Of a stretch of 64,000 bases of DNA, positions 12,859 through 23,305 are shown piece by piece; within the stretch, counting starts at the first letter, position 1, and the number at the start of each line of letters is the position of its first letter. The position numbers and the translations under genes were made by a program. The notes below the pieces were generated by a model that made no database searches, had not been told where the DNA came from, and saw nothing but the letters and a program-made list of their open reading frames with translations. The stretch is from assembly GCF_054482525.1 (NCBI RefSeq), contig NZ_CM137006.1. One strand, given 5' to 3'.

Positions 12859-13389
12859 TCAAATAAACCCCTGTTTATTATAAAGTTCTTCAGCGAGAGT
12901 TTCCCCGTGCTCATCGAAAAAAGCATCGGCGATAGTTAAATTTTCTGCCTTAGGATTTGCCGTTATTTTGCTACCATTGGCATCAAATTCGAGCGCGATA
13001 GCGGTCTCCGAACCCCACCAGTAATAATAAATTAGCGCAAAATTATTTTCCCCTGGCGTAATAAACTTCTCGATTCTCCGCACACAGGCCATGAGTGGCA
13101 TGAAGATTTCATAGCTCTCTGAGAGAAATATGTGATCCATCGTGACTATCTGTGTTTCTTTATTAAAGTTGATATGTTCGGCATAAATATTCTTTTCACT
13201 TTCACCAGAATTACAAGCTGCAAGATTGTTAAGCATTTTTGCAGGATCGCCGTACAACCGCTGCTTCTCGATAAACCATGGTAACCAGTCGTCATAGTCT
13301 TTGATATTTGTTGCTGGTGAATGGAAAAACTTCTCGAGGTTACTCTCGGTAATATGTGCATGAAGAAAAAAGGAAGCCGGTTCACTCAT
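12859..13389 (-). CDS. Hypothetical cytoplasmic protein (176 aa), orphan ORF of the mtr-yhbW islet
   Basis: Uninterrupted 176-aa ORF in visibly AT-rich DNA. It has no signal peptide or TM segment, is acidic and aromatic-rich (..NFALIYYYWWGSETAIALEFD..), and is transcribed divergently from the neighbouring L,D-transpeptidase-like gene. I do not recognise the family. Confidence 0.55.
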   Translation of the reverse strand: MSEPASFFLHAHITESNLEKFFHSPATNIKDYDDWLPWFIEKQRLYGDPAKMLNNLAACNSGESEKNIYAEHINFNKETQIVTMDHIFLSESYEIFMPLMACVRRIEKFITPGENNFALIYYYWWGSETAIALEFDANGSKITANPKAENLTIADAFFDEHGETLAEELYNKQGFI

Positions 13390-13547
13390 GATGATTTTCT
13401 CTGGTAATAAGTCGATTTGTTCATTTCTCTGTTTGGTGATGATAAAACGATGACTATTTTATAAAAGTACAGAACTGGACCTTTCATCTATTTCATATCA
13501 TAAGAAAATATATACAAGAACTGGCTCAGAATAAGCGGAATACGAAA

Positions 13548-14267
13548 ATGGGGCGTAAAGGACTACTTGCTATTGTATTGTTGAGCCTGTTTATCGCCAT
13601 GATTTTTCAATTTTTCTGGCCTGCCCCACACGATGAGCACGTTTTCCTGCTGGTTGAAAAACCTGTCGTACCGTCTTTAAAAATCATTCACGCCGGCGAC
13701 CAGTTATTTATCCGCATTCTGAAAGCGGAAGATAAGCTGGAACTGTGGGCAAGCACCAACAACAAGCCTTACGAACTCTATAAAACCTGGACTATATGCG
13801 CGTGGTCTGGTGGCTTAGGGCCAAAGCACAAACAGGGGGATGGTAAAAGCCCGGAAGGTTTTTATGCCACCAACAAAGGGTTACTTAACCCAAACAGTCG
13901 CTATCATCTGGCATTTAATATTGGTTACCCGAATGCTTACGATCGGGCAAACGGCTACACCGGTGATTTCATTATGGTTCACGGAAACTGCCTTTCGGCG
14001 GGCTGCTATGCCATGACCGATGCTGGTATTGAAGAGATTTATCAACTGGTGGCGCAGGCGCTGAATAGCGGGCAGAAGAGCGTGCCGGTGCATATCTTCC
14101 CGTTTGCGATGAACGAAGAAAATATGCGCCAGGCGCAGGTATGGCCGGAATATAATTTCTGGCGTATGTTGAAGCCCGGCTATGATTACTTTGAAAAAAA
14201 TCGCCGATTGCCAACCATCACCATTGAAAACCGGCGTTATAAAATCAGCCCAACAACTCATCCTTAG
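13548..14267 (+). CDS. YafK/DpaA-like L,D-transpeptidase-fold (YkuD) periplasmic protein
   Basis: 239-aa ORF with an N-terminal hydrophobic signal/anchor ([19 protein letters not shown]). It carries the YkuD catalytic motif [13 protein letters not shown] (His codon 13980-13982, Cys codon 14004-14006). Blocks [33 protein letters not shown] and LKPGYDYFE are colinear with remembered E. coli YafK. Confidence 0.8.
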   Translation: MGRKGLLAIVLLSLFIAMIFQFFWPAPHDEHVFLLVEKPVVPSLKIIHAGDQLFIRILKAEDKLELWASTNNKPYELYKTWTICAWSGGLGPKHKQGDGKSPEGFYATNKGLLNPNSRYHLAFNIGYPNAYDRANGYTGDFIMVHGNCLSAGCYAMTDAGIEEIYQLVAQALNSGQKSVPVHIFPFAMNEENMRQAQVWPEYNFWRMLKPGYDYFEKNRRLPTITIENRRYKISPTTHP

Positions 14268-15252
14268 CATCCATCGCCAGTTCAAACGAATGCAGGCGCG
14301 CCTGGTGATCGAAAATCTGCCCGTTAACCATAATCTCATCGGCGTCGGTTTCGCGCAGGATCGACTGCAAGCCGTGACGCACTTTCGCTTTATCGCCCAC
14401 CAGCGACATACTCAGCGCCTGCTGCACGCCATACTGCTCGGACGGTGACCAGAACTGATCCATATTTTGAATCGGCGGCGGTAGTTGCCCGGTTTCGCCA
14501 CGGCGTAGTTTCACAAAGGCTTGCTGCATTGAGGTAAAGAGAAATTCAGCGTCGCGGTTGCTGTCGGCGGCGATAATATTGATGCACACCATCGCATACG
14601 GTTTTTCCAGCCGAGCCGACGGTTTGAAGTTACTGCGATAAAGATGCAGCGCCTGGAACAACATATCCGGCGCGAAGTGTGAGGCAAACGCAAACGGCAG
14701 ACCAAGCTGCGCCGCCAGTTGCGCACTGTAAAGGCTGGAGCCTAACAACCATACGGGGATTTTTTCGCCATAGCCTGGTACCGGGCGCACATGTGGATTG
14801 GGATCGCGGGCGTCAAACCAGTCCACCAGCTCCGCGACATCGCGGGGGAAATTATCAATATCGCCGCTCATATGACGACGTAGAGCCATCATGGTTCGCT
14901 GGTCACTACCCGGAGCACGACCCAGCCCCAAATCGATTCGCCCCGGATAGAGCGTATTAAGCGTGCCGAACTGTTCGGCGATCACCAATGGTGAGTGATT
15001 AGGCAACATCACGCCGCCAGACCCCAGATGCAGCGTAGTGGTATTCGCCGCCAGATAGCCAATCAAAACTGATGTTGCAGCACTGGCAATGCCAGTCATA
15101 TTGTGGTGTTCTGCCAGCCAGTAGCGATGATAGCCGCGCTTTTCAGCCAGACGGGCGAGATCGAGAGAGTGGGAGAATGCTTCTCGCGCTGAAGAACCTT
15201 CGGGAATGGGGGCCAGATCGAGTAGCGAAAACGGAATGGTTTTATCAGTCAT
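14245..15252 (-). CDS. yhbW: Luciferase-like (LLM class) flavin-dependent oxidoreductase YhbW
   Basis: 335-aa [29 protein letters not shown]...YWLAEHHNM..., recognised as YhbW. Confidence 0.93.
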   Translation of the reverse strand: MTDKTIPFSLLDLAPIPEGSSAREAFSHSLDLARLAEKRGYHRYWLAEHHNMTGIASAATSVLIGYLAANTTTLHLGSGGVMLPNHSPLVIAEQFGTLNTLYPGRIDLGLGRAPGSDQRTMMALRRHMSGDIDNFPRDVAELVDWFDARDPNPHVRPVPGYGEKIPVWLLGSSLYSAQLAAQLGLPFAFASHFAPDMLFQALHLYRSNFKPSARLEKPYAMVCINIIAADSNRDAEFLFTSMQQAFVKLRRGETGQLPPPIQNMDQFWSPSEQYGVQQALSMSLVGDKAKVRHGLQSILRETDADEIMVNGQIFDHQARLHSFELAMDAKDELLG

Positions 15253-15332
15253 AACAGCTCACTTTGTTACCGATTAATCTTTAATACTGCATTAAAGAGT
15301 AGTTAAAGTTGTTAACAAAGTGAGCTATATAC

Positions 15333-16211
15333 TTACGCTTGCAGCTCCAGCCCGGCCAGCCGCCGCCAGTAGCCGTTACAATCGCTGTTTGCCGTCAACG
15401 GCAGTGGTGCAGCGCCATTTTCATTGGCGCGGAAGGCGTCGAGCATTGCGAAAGTGTCAGTACCCTGCGGTGACAGGCGGACCACATCGACCAGCCCCTG
15501 CATGGATGTCAGCTCGTTACCGAGGTTGTAAACGTAGCCGCTCATGGTCTGAATGCCATTGAGTACAAACACTTGTTGGTTTTCCTGCGATAGCACGTTG
15601 CGCCCGTTCGGATACTTAATGCAGCAGGTTTCACACTCATCTTTCGGGCGGTCTTCCGAACGCGCGGTAAAGCAGCGGGCGGAGTAGGCCAGCGGCAGAT
15701 GACCGTAGCTCAGGACTTCCACTTCAAACTGGTTGCGAATGCCCAGCTCATCGCACTGATTAAGCAGATTCACCAGCCAGTCGCGGGATAGCTCCACCGG
15801 CATACACCAGCGCATCATGCCCTGTTTAAGCAATATTTTCAGCGTCACCGCGTTGTAGCAGTTCAGCGCATGTCCGGCGACGAACGGCAGTTTGCGTTCA
15901 GCGCACATATTCACCACGCCGAGATCGCTGGCTTCAATCAGAAACTCACCGTTCTCAACATAGCGTTTCAGTTCGCCCAGTTCAGAGGATGCCTGCACCA
16001 GCGCCAGCGTGGAGAGCACAATCTGCTTACCACTTCCGGCGAGTGATTTTGCCATCTCCAGCCAGTCGCCAACTTTGGTTGCCCGGCGCTTGCTGCATAC
16101 CGCTTCACCAAGATAAATCACGTCGGCGCTGCTGGCGGCGGCCTGCTGATAAAATTCTTCCAGCGTCTCTTTTGGCCAGTACCACAGCACTGGCCCTAAG
16201 GAATATTTCAT
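15333..16211 (-). CDS. ubiV: O2-independent ubiquinone biosynthesis protein UbiV (peptidase U32 family)
   Basis: The ORF-track entry is 298 aa. The recognised start MKYSLGPVLWYWPKETLEEFY at 16211 gives 292 aa. The Cys cluster (..CFTARSEDRPKDECETCC..) is typical of U32 Fe-S proteins. It lies directly downstream of ubiU. Confidence 0.93.
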   Translation of the reverse strand: MKYSLGPVLWYWPKETLEEFYQQAAASSADVIYLGEAVCSKRRATKVGDWLEMAKSLAGSGKQIVLSTLALVQASSELGELKRYVENGEFLIEASDLGVVNMCAERKLPFVAGHALNCYNAVTLKILLKQGMMRWCMPVELSRDWLVNLLNQCDELGIRNQFEVEVLSYGHLPLAYSARCFTARSEDRPKDECETCCIKYPNGRNVLSQENQQVFVLNGIQTMSGYVYNLGNELTSMQGLVDVVRLSPQGTDTFAMLDAFRANENGAAPLPLTANSDCNGYWRRLAGLELQA

Positions 16212-16219
16212 TGCTTTTC

Positions 16220-17215
16220 TCACTGCCATTTACGGTGATACGCGCCAAGGGTGGTCTGCGTGCCTTCGGACATCGACCCGAGCGTCTCCATCCACGCGCT
16301 TTGCGGTACGAAGTTTTGCGGATCGGCCTTACAACGGTCGATAGCCTGACGCCAGACTTTCGCCACCTGGCTGACATACGCCGGGCTACGCTGGCGGCCT
16401 TCAATTTTCACCGAAGCAATATTCGCTGCCATTAACTCCGGCAGCAGTTCCAGGGTATTGAGACTGGTGGGTTCTTCCAGCGCGTGATAGCGCTCGCCGT
16501 CCACCAGATAACGCCCTTTACACAGCGTCGGATAACCTGCGTTTTCGCCGTCCTGATAACGGTCGATCAGCACTTCGTTCAGGCGGGATTCCAGCCCCTG
16601 CGGCGTTTGCTGCCAGCGCACGAAGCGAGCCGGAGAACATGCACCGACGGTGTTGGGCGATTCACCCGTCAGATATGACGACAGATAGCAACGGCCTTCC
16701 GACATAATGCACAGGCTGCCGAAAGCAAAGACTTCCAGTGGTACAGGCGTGACCCGCGCCAGTTGTTTCACCTGATGAATCGACAACACGCGCGGCAGCA
16801 CCACGCGGGCAACGTCAAAATGGCGATGATAAAAGTTAATCGCCTCTTCATTGGTCGCCGAAGCCTGCACTGACACATGACGCTCAATATGCGGGTAACG
16901 CTCGGCGGCGTACTCCAGCATGGCGAGGTCGGCGAGGATCAGCGCGTCGGCACCCAGCTGCGCCGCCATATCCACGGCGCGCTGCCAGCGGGCGTAACCG
17001 TCCGGGTGCGCAAAAGTGTTAATCGCGATGTGAAGTTTGCGGCGATGTTGATGGACAAAACTCACCGCTTCCTGCAATTTTTTCTCGGTAAAGTTAAGGC
17101 CGGCGAAGTGACGGGCATTGGTATCATCTTTTAGCCCGATATAAACAGCATCTGCGCCGTTTTCGATGGCCGCCTTAAGCGCCGGGAGATTTCCGGCAGG
17201 GCAGAGCAGCTCCAT
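16220..17215 (-). CDS. ubiU: O2-independent ubiquinone biosynthesis protein UbiU (peptidase U32 family)
   Basis: The ORF-track entry is 340 aa. The recognised start MELLCPAGNLPALKAAIENGADAVY at 17215 gives 331 aa. Confidence 0.93.
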   Translation of the reverse strand: MELLCPAGNLPALKAAIENGADAVYIGLKDDTNARHFAGLNFTEKKLQEAVSFVHQHRRKLHIAINTFAHPDGYARWQRAVDMAAQLGADALILADLAMLEYAAERYPHIERHVSVQASATNEEAINFYHRHFDVARVVLPRVLSIHQVKQLARVTPVPLEVFAFGSLCIMSEGRCYLSSYLTGESPNTVGACSPARFVRWQQTPQGLESRLNEVLIDRYQDGENAGYPTLCKGRYLVDGERYHALEEPTSLNTLELLPELMAANIASVKIEGRQRSPAYVSQVAKVWRQAIDRCKADPQNFVPQSAWMETLGSMSEGTQTTLGAYHRKWQ

Positions 17216-17423
17216 AATTTTTCCTGAAGGTTGCGCTATCAAAGCGCAAAAATGTTAACGAACTGGGATTTTAGTTAACCTTGCTGCGACAATTTTTGAT
17301 TTAAGGCAGTTAAAGTTGTATTGGTGGTAGCAGCAATTTCATATGGAATTGTTGATTTATACCGCTATGTTATTTTTCTGATATGGCAAAATAGGATGAT
17401 TGTTGAAACAGGGAGTAAAACTC

Positions 17424-17948
17424 GTGTTGGATAAACTGCGTTCCCGTATTGTGCATTTGGGGCCATCTCTGTTGAGTGTACCGGTAAAACTGACGCCATT
17501 TGCGCTAAAACGCCAGGTTCTTGAGCAGGTCTTAAGCTGGCAATTCCGTCAGGCGCTGGATGATGGCGAGCTGGAGTTTCTTGAAGGCCGCTGGTTAAGT
17601 ATTCATGTGCGTGATATTGACCTGCAATGGTTTACCTCGGTGGTGAATGGCAAACTGGTCGTTAGCCAGAACGCGCAAGCTGATGTGAGTTTTAGTGCCG
17701 ACGCCAGCGATCTGCTGATGATTGCGGCGCGTAAACAAGATCCGGATACGCTCTTCTTCCAGCGTCGGCTGGCGATTGAAGGCGATACGGAGCTGGGGCT
17801 GTATGTGAAAAACCTGATGGACGCCATTGAACTGGAGCAAATGCCGAAAGCCTTACGCATGATGCTGCTGCAACTGGCGGATTTTGTTGAGGCGGGAATG
17901 AAAACCGCGCCTGAAACCAAACAGACATCGGTAGGTGAACCATGCTAA
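17424..17948 (+). CDS. ubiT: SCP2-domain ubiquinone biosynthesis accessory factor UbiT
   Basis: The ORF-track entry opens at 17400. A GTG at 17424 is preceded by gggag (17411-17415) and gives a 174-aa (M)LDKLRSRIVHLGPSLLSVPVKL..., recognised as YhbT/UbiT. It is divergent from ubiUV. Confidence 0.9.
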   Translation: MLDKLRSRIVHLGPSLLSVPVKLTPFALKRQVLEQVLSWQFRQALDDGELEFLEGRWLSIHVRDIDLQWFTSVVNGKLVVSQNAQADVSFSADASDLLMIAARKQDPDTLFFQRRLAIEGDTELGLYVKNLMDAIELEQMPKALRMMLLQLADFVEAGMKTAPETKQTSVGEPC

Positions 17949-18445
17949 TTCGAGTAGAAATTCCCATTGATGCGCCGGGTATTGATGCCCTGCTGCGTCG
18001 TTCATTCGAAAGTGATGCGGAAGCGAAGCTGGTTCACGATCTGCGTGAAGATGGCTTTCTGACGTTGGGGCTGGTGGCGACAGATGACGAAGGTCAGGTC
18101 ATTGGCTATGTGGCATTTAGTCCGGTTGATGTGCAGGGCGAAGACCTGCAATGGGTCGGCATGGCACCGTTGGCGGTTGATGAAAAATACCGTGGACAGG
18201 GGCTGGCACGCCAACTGGTCTATGAAGGACTCGATTCGCTTAATGAGTTCGGCTATGCCGCAGTGGTGACGCTGGGCGATCCGGCGCTGTACAGTCGTTT
18301 CGGCTTTGAGCTGGCGGCGCATCACGATCTGCGTTGTCGCTGGCCGGGCACTGAAAGCGCCTTCCAGGTACATCGTTTAGCGGATGACGCGCTGAACGGC
18401 GTAACCGGTCTGGTTGAGTATCACGAGCACTTCAATCGCTTTTAA
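17942..18445 (+). CDS. yhbS: GNAT-family N-acetyltransferase YhbS
   Basis: 167-aa ORF with the acetyl-CoA motif [11 protein letters not shown]. It overlaps the ubiT stop by 7 nt. Confidence 0.9.
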   Translation: MLIRVEIPIDAPGIDALLRRSFESDAEAKLVHDLREDGFLTLGLVATDDEGQVIGYVAFSPVDVQGEDLQWVGMAPLAVDEKYRGQGLARQLVYEGLDSLNEFGYAAVVTLGDPALYSRFGFELAAHHDLRCRWPGTESAFQVHRLADDALNGVTGLVEYHEHFNRF

Positions 18446-18734
18446 TCTTTGGGGTTTGCAGGCTGCTCAACAGTTCTGCAAACCCTGCGCCTTTCGCTAC
18501 CAGACGTTCTTTTTGCCGTTTGGTCAGTTGCTTAACGCGATATTCTGCCCGTAACGCCAGCGAACGATCGCCCACTGGCGCGGAAAACGCCAGCGTTAGT
18601 TCTCCTTTCCCGCGCAGTGCTTTCGCCCCTTTGCCGCTTTGGTGCTCCTTATAGCGGCGTTCGACATCCGTGGTGATCCCGGTATAAAGCTTATTATCGG
18701 CGGTACGGATCAAGTAAAGAAACCAGGGTGTCAT
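18432..18734 (-). CDS. yhbQ: GIY-YIG domain nuclease YhbQ (UPF0213)
   Basis: 100-aa [34 protein letters not shown], a GIY-YIG signature. Confidence 0.9.
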   Translation of the reverse strand: MTPWFLYLIRTADNKLYTGITTDVERRYKEHQSGKGAKALRGKGELTLAFSAPVGDRSLALRAEYRVKQLTKRQKERLVAKGAGFAELLSSLQTPKIKSD

Positions 18735-18784
18735 CGTCTGTGTCGCATGTTAAGGTCAGGCCCACAGTATAAAAGAGAACAGTT

Positions 18785-19207
18785 ATGGAAACACTCACCG
18801 CCATCAGCCGTTGGATGGCAAAACAACATGTTGTCACCTGGTGTGTGCAGCAGGAAGGGGAATTGTGGTGCGCCAATGCCTTTTATCTTTTTGATGCGCA
18901 GAAAGTTGCCTTCTACATTTTGACGGAAGAAAAAACGCGCCACGCGCAGATGAGTGGGCCGCAGGCGGTAGTTGCCGGAACGGTAAACGGTCAGCCGAAA
19001 ACGGTAGCGTTAATTCGCGGCGTGCAATTTAAAGGCGAGATCCGCAGACTGGAAGGTGAGGAAAGCGACCTCGCACGCCAGGCGTACAATCGACGCTTTC
19101 CGGTTGCCAGAATGCTGTCGGCCCCGGTGTGGGAAATCCGGCTCGATGAAATCAAATTCACCGACAACACGCTGGGCTTTGGTAAAAAAATGATCTGGCT
19201 ACGTAAC

Positions 19208-19228
<21 letters not shown>
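18785..19228 (+). CDS. yhbP: UPF0306 protein YhbP (PNPOx-like split-barrel fold)
   Basis: 147-aa [40 protein letters not shown]..., recognised as YhbP. Confidence 0.88.
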
Positions 19229-20489
<1,261 letters not shown>

Positions 20490-20561
20490 TTATTCCCAAG
20501 AATTGATAGTGAGCGTAATATTCACGCGCTCAATTATCATAACTTATTCCTGGGGAATGCT

Positions 20562-21602
20562 ATGACTGGTCAGTCTTCATCTCAGGCGGCAACGCCCATT
20601 CAGTGGTGGAAACCCGCGCTTTTCTTTCTCGTTGTCATTGCTGGTCTCTGGTATGTGAAATGGCAACCTTACTACGGCAAAGCGTTTACTGCTGCCGAAA
20701 CCCACAGTATCGGTAAATCTATCCTTGCGCAGGCGGATGCTAATCCGTGGCAGGCGGCGTTGGATTACGCGATGATCTATTTCCTCGCGGTATGGAAAGC
20801 GGCGGTGCTGGGGGTGATCCTCGGTTCGTTGATTCAGGTGCTGATCCCGCGTGACTGGTTGCTGCGTACGCTTGGGCAATCGCGCTTTCGCGGCACGCTG
20901 CTGGGAACGCTGTTTTCGCTGCCGGGCATGATGTGTACCTGCTGTGCGGCTCCGGTCGCGGCGGGAATGCGTCGCCAACAGGTATCGATGGGCGGGGCGC
21001 TGGCATTCTGGATGGGGAATCCGTTGTTAAACCCGGCGACGCTGGTGTTTATGGGGTTTGTCCTCGGTTGGCAATTTGCCGCGATTCGTCTGGTTGCAGG
21101 CCTTGCGATGGTGTTGCTGATTGCGACGCTGGTGCAAAAATGGGTGCGTGAAACACCGCAAACGCAGGCTCCGGTCGAAATTGACATACCGGAAGCGCAG
21201 GGCGGATTTTTTAGCCGCTGGGGCAGGGCGCTATGGACGCTTTTCTGGAGTACGATCCCGGTTTACATCCTTGCAGTACTGGTGTTGGGTGCCGCTCGCG
21301 TCTGGTTATTCCCCCATGCCGATGGTGCTGTCGATAACAGCCTGATGTGGGTGGTGGCGATGGCGGTAGCGGGATGCTTGTTTGTCATTCCCACGGCGGC
21401 AGAAATTCCAATTGTACAAACGATGATGCTGGCAGGCATGGGAACCGCTCCGGCGCTGGCATTGTTGATGACGCTCCCGGCGGTGAGTTTGCCGTCACTG
21501 ATTATGTTGCGTAAAGCGTTCCCGGCGAAAGCCTTATGGCTGACGGGGGCGATGGTGGCAGTGTCTGGTGTGATTGTCGGCGGGCTGGCGCTGTTGGTTT
21601 GA
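20562..21602 (+). CDS. yraQ: Predicted permease YraQ (DUF318/ArsP-like)
   Basis: 346-aa polytopic ORF with a CxxCC motif (MMCTCCAAPV), recognised as YraQ. Confidence 0.9.
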   Translation: MTGQSSSQAATPIQWWKPALFFLVVIAGLWYVKWQPYYGKAFTAAETHSIGKSILAQADANPWQAALDYAMIYFLAVWKAAVLGVILGSLIQVLIPRDWLLRTLGQSRFRGTLLGTLFSLPGMMCTCCAAPVAAGMRRQQVSMGGALAFWMGNPLLNPATLVFMGFVLGWQFAAIRLVAGLAMVLLIATLVQKWVRETPQTQAPVEIDIPEAQGGFFSRWGRALWTLFWSTIPVYILAVLVLGAARVWLFPHADGAVDNSLMWVVAMAVAGCLFVIPTAAEIPIVQTMMLAGMGTAPALALLMTLPAVSLPSLIMLRKAFPAKALWLTGAMVAVSGVIVGGLALLV

Positions 21603-21617
21603 TTTGAGGGAAAACAT

Positions 21618-21703
21618 GTCGGATGCGTCGTAAACGCCTTATCCGACCTACGGTTTGCATCGTTGTAGGCCTGATAAGACGCGGCAAGCGTCGCATCAGG
21701 CAT
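21618..21703. repeat. BIME: two inverted REP copies between yraQ and dolP
   Basis: gtcggatgcgtcgtaaacgccttatccgacctac and gtaggcctgataagacgcggcaagcgtcgcatcaggc. Confidence 0.9.
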
Positions 21704-21714
21704 TACAAGGGCTG

Positions 21715-22290
21715 CTATTTAATAAACGTAAACGCCGTGGTTACCCGCTTCACGCCGCTTACCCGGCTGGCAATATCTGCCGCCGCTTTCGCTTCACGTT
21801 CAGTCACTAGCCCCATCAGGAACACTTCACCGTTTTCGGTGGTCACTTTCACGTTGGACGATTTCACCAGGTCGCTGGTTAACAGCTGCGAACGCACTTT
21901 GGTGGTGATCCACGTATCGTTAGACGCTTCGCCCAGACCAATCGGCTGGCCCTGACGAATCTCGTTATACACTTCGTTGGCACCGTCGACGCCCATCGCA
22001 ATTTGTTTAGCGCGAGCCGAAAGTTCAGCGTTTGGTGACTGCCCAACCAGCAGCACTTTGCCCTGATACGCCGTGACATTAATACGGGTTTCTTTCTTTA
22101 TCTGTTCGTCTTTCGACAATGCGCTGTTTACGCGCACTTCCAGGGTACCATCGTCTACCTGGGTGCCGACACTGCGTGGGTCAGTTGCGGCTTTGGTACC
22201 CACAGCAGCGGTACCCACTACGGCAGCGGCAACACAACCTTGCAACAGCAGCGCGGAAAGAAGGACTGCGATTGGCGATAATGCCTTCAT
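21715..22290 (-). CDS. dolP: Dual-BON-domain outer-membrane lipoprotein DolP (YraP)
   Basis: 191-aa ORF with the lipobox LLQGC, recognised as YraP. Confidence 0.94.
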   Translation of the reverse strand: MKALSPIAVLLSALLLQGCVAAAVVGTAAVGTKAATDPRSVGTQVDDGTLEVRVNSALSKDEQIKKETRINVTAYQGKVLLVGQSPNAELSARAKQIAMGVDGANEVYNEIRQGQPIGLGEASNDTWITTKVRSQLLTSDLVKSSNVKVTTENGEVFLMGLVTEREAKAAADIASRVSGVKRVTTAFTFIK

Positions 22291-22299
22291 GTATTCTCC

Positions 22300-22890
22300 T
22301 TAAACATCCTGGTGAGGGAAAAGCGTGTTATCGATCAGATCGCACAGGCAATTTACCGTCAGCATATGCATCTCCTGAATGCGAGCACTACGATGCGAAG
22401 GAATGCGGATCTCCACATCCTGTGGCCCTAACAAACCTGCAAGTTCACCGCCGTCATAGCCGGTTAATGCCACAATGGTCATATCACGCGTAACGGCAGC
22501 TTCTACCGCTTTTACAATATCGCGGCTGTTGCCACGGGTGGAAATGGCTAACAATACATCTCCCGCATGACCCAGCGCCCGCACCTGTTTTGCATACACT
22601 TCATCATGTAAGCGATCGTTGGCAATCGCCGTTAAGACAACATTATCAGTATTTAGTGCAATGGCAGGTAAGCTGGGCCGCTCCGTTTCGAAACGGTTGA
22701 TCATGCTGGCAGCAAAATGCTGTGCATTGGCAGCGGAAGTTCCATTACCACAACAGAGGATTTTGTTGCCATTGAGCAGAGACTGAACCAGCGTCATGGC
22801 TGCACGGGAGATGGCATCCGGAAGCGCCTCTGCCGCCGCAATTTGAGTTTGAATGCTTTCAGTGAAGCAAGCTTTAATTCTTTCTTGCAC
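22300..22890 (-). CDS. diaA: DnaA initiator-associating protein DiaA (SIS domain)
   Basis: 196-aa [62 protein letters not shown].., recognised as DiaA. Confidence 0.95.
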
Positions 22891-22909
22891 GCTAATCCTT
22901 AAACCTTAA

Positions 22910-23305
22910 TTATGAGTGGTCATTAAAGGCATCCTTAATCCACTCAACCTCATTCCCGGTGAAGGCTACCACATCGAACCGGCAATCCACAGTATCAAAA
23001 CTCCCATTATGACGCGCGAGCCACAAGCGGGCAGTCTGTAATAATTTGTGTTGTTTGCTGCGGGTCACACTGGCTGCCGCGCCGCCATAAAGCGCAGAGC
23101 GGCGGTAACGCACCTCAACAAAAACGGTGGTCCGGCCTTCACGCATTATCAGATCGATCTCGCCGCCACGCTCGTTCACGTTAGCGGCGATAAACCGCAG
23201 TCCTTTGCCTTCCAGCCAGCGACGCGCTTGTGCTTCCCACGCATCGCCGGTCTGTTTGGTGGTTAACTGGCGGGGACTACCTGACCTTGTTGGTACTGTA
23301 GCCAT
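22910..23305 (-). CDS. yraN: UPF0102 protein YraN (endonuclease-like fold)
   Basis: 131-aa ORF that overlaps the lpoA 3' end by 43 nt on the same strand, as in the lpoA-yraN-diaA-dolP cluster. Confidence 0.9.
   Translation of the reverse strand: MATVPTRSGSPRQLTTKQTGDAWEAQARRWLEGKGLRFIAANVNERGGEIDLIMREGRTTVFVEVRYRRSALYGGAAASVTRSKQHKLLQTARLWLARHNGSFDTVDCRFDVVAFTGNEVEWIKDAFNDHS

Noticed and set aside
21263-21703. 146-aa minus-strand ORF at the yraQ 3' end.
   Set aside because: It is antisense to the yraQ permease and extends into the BIME. It is a shadow ORF.
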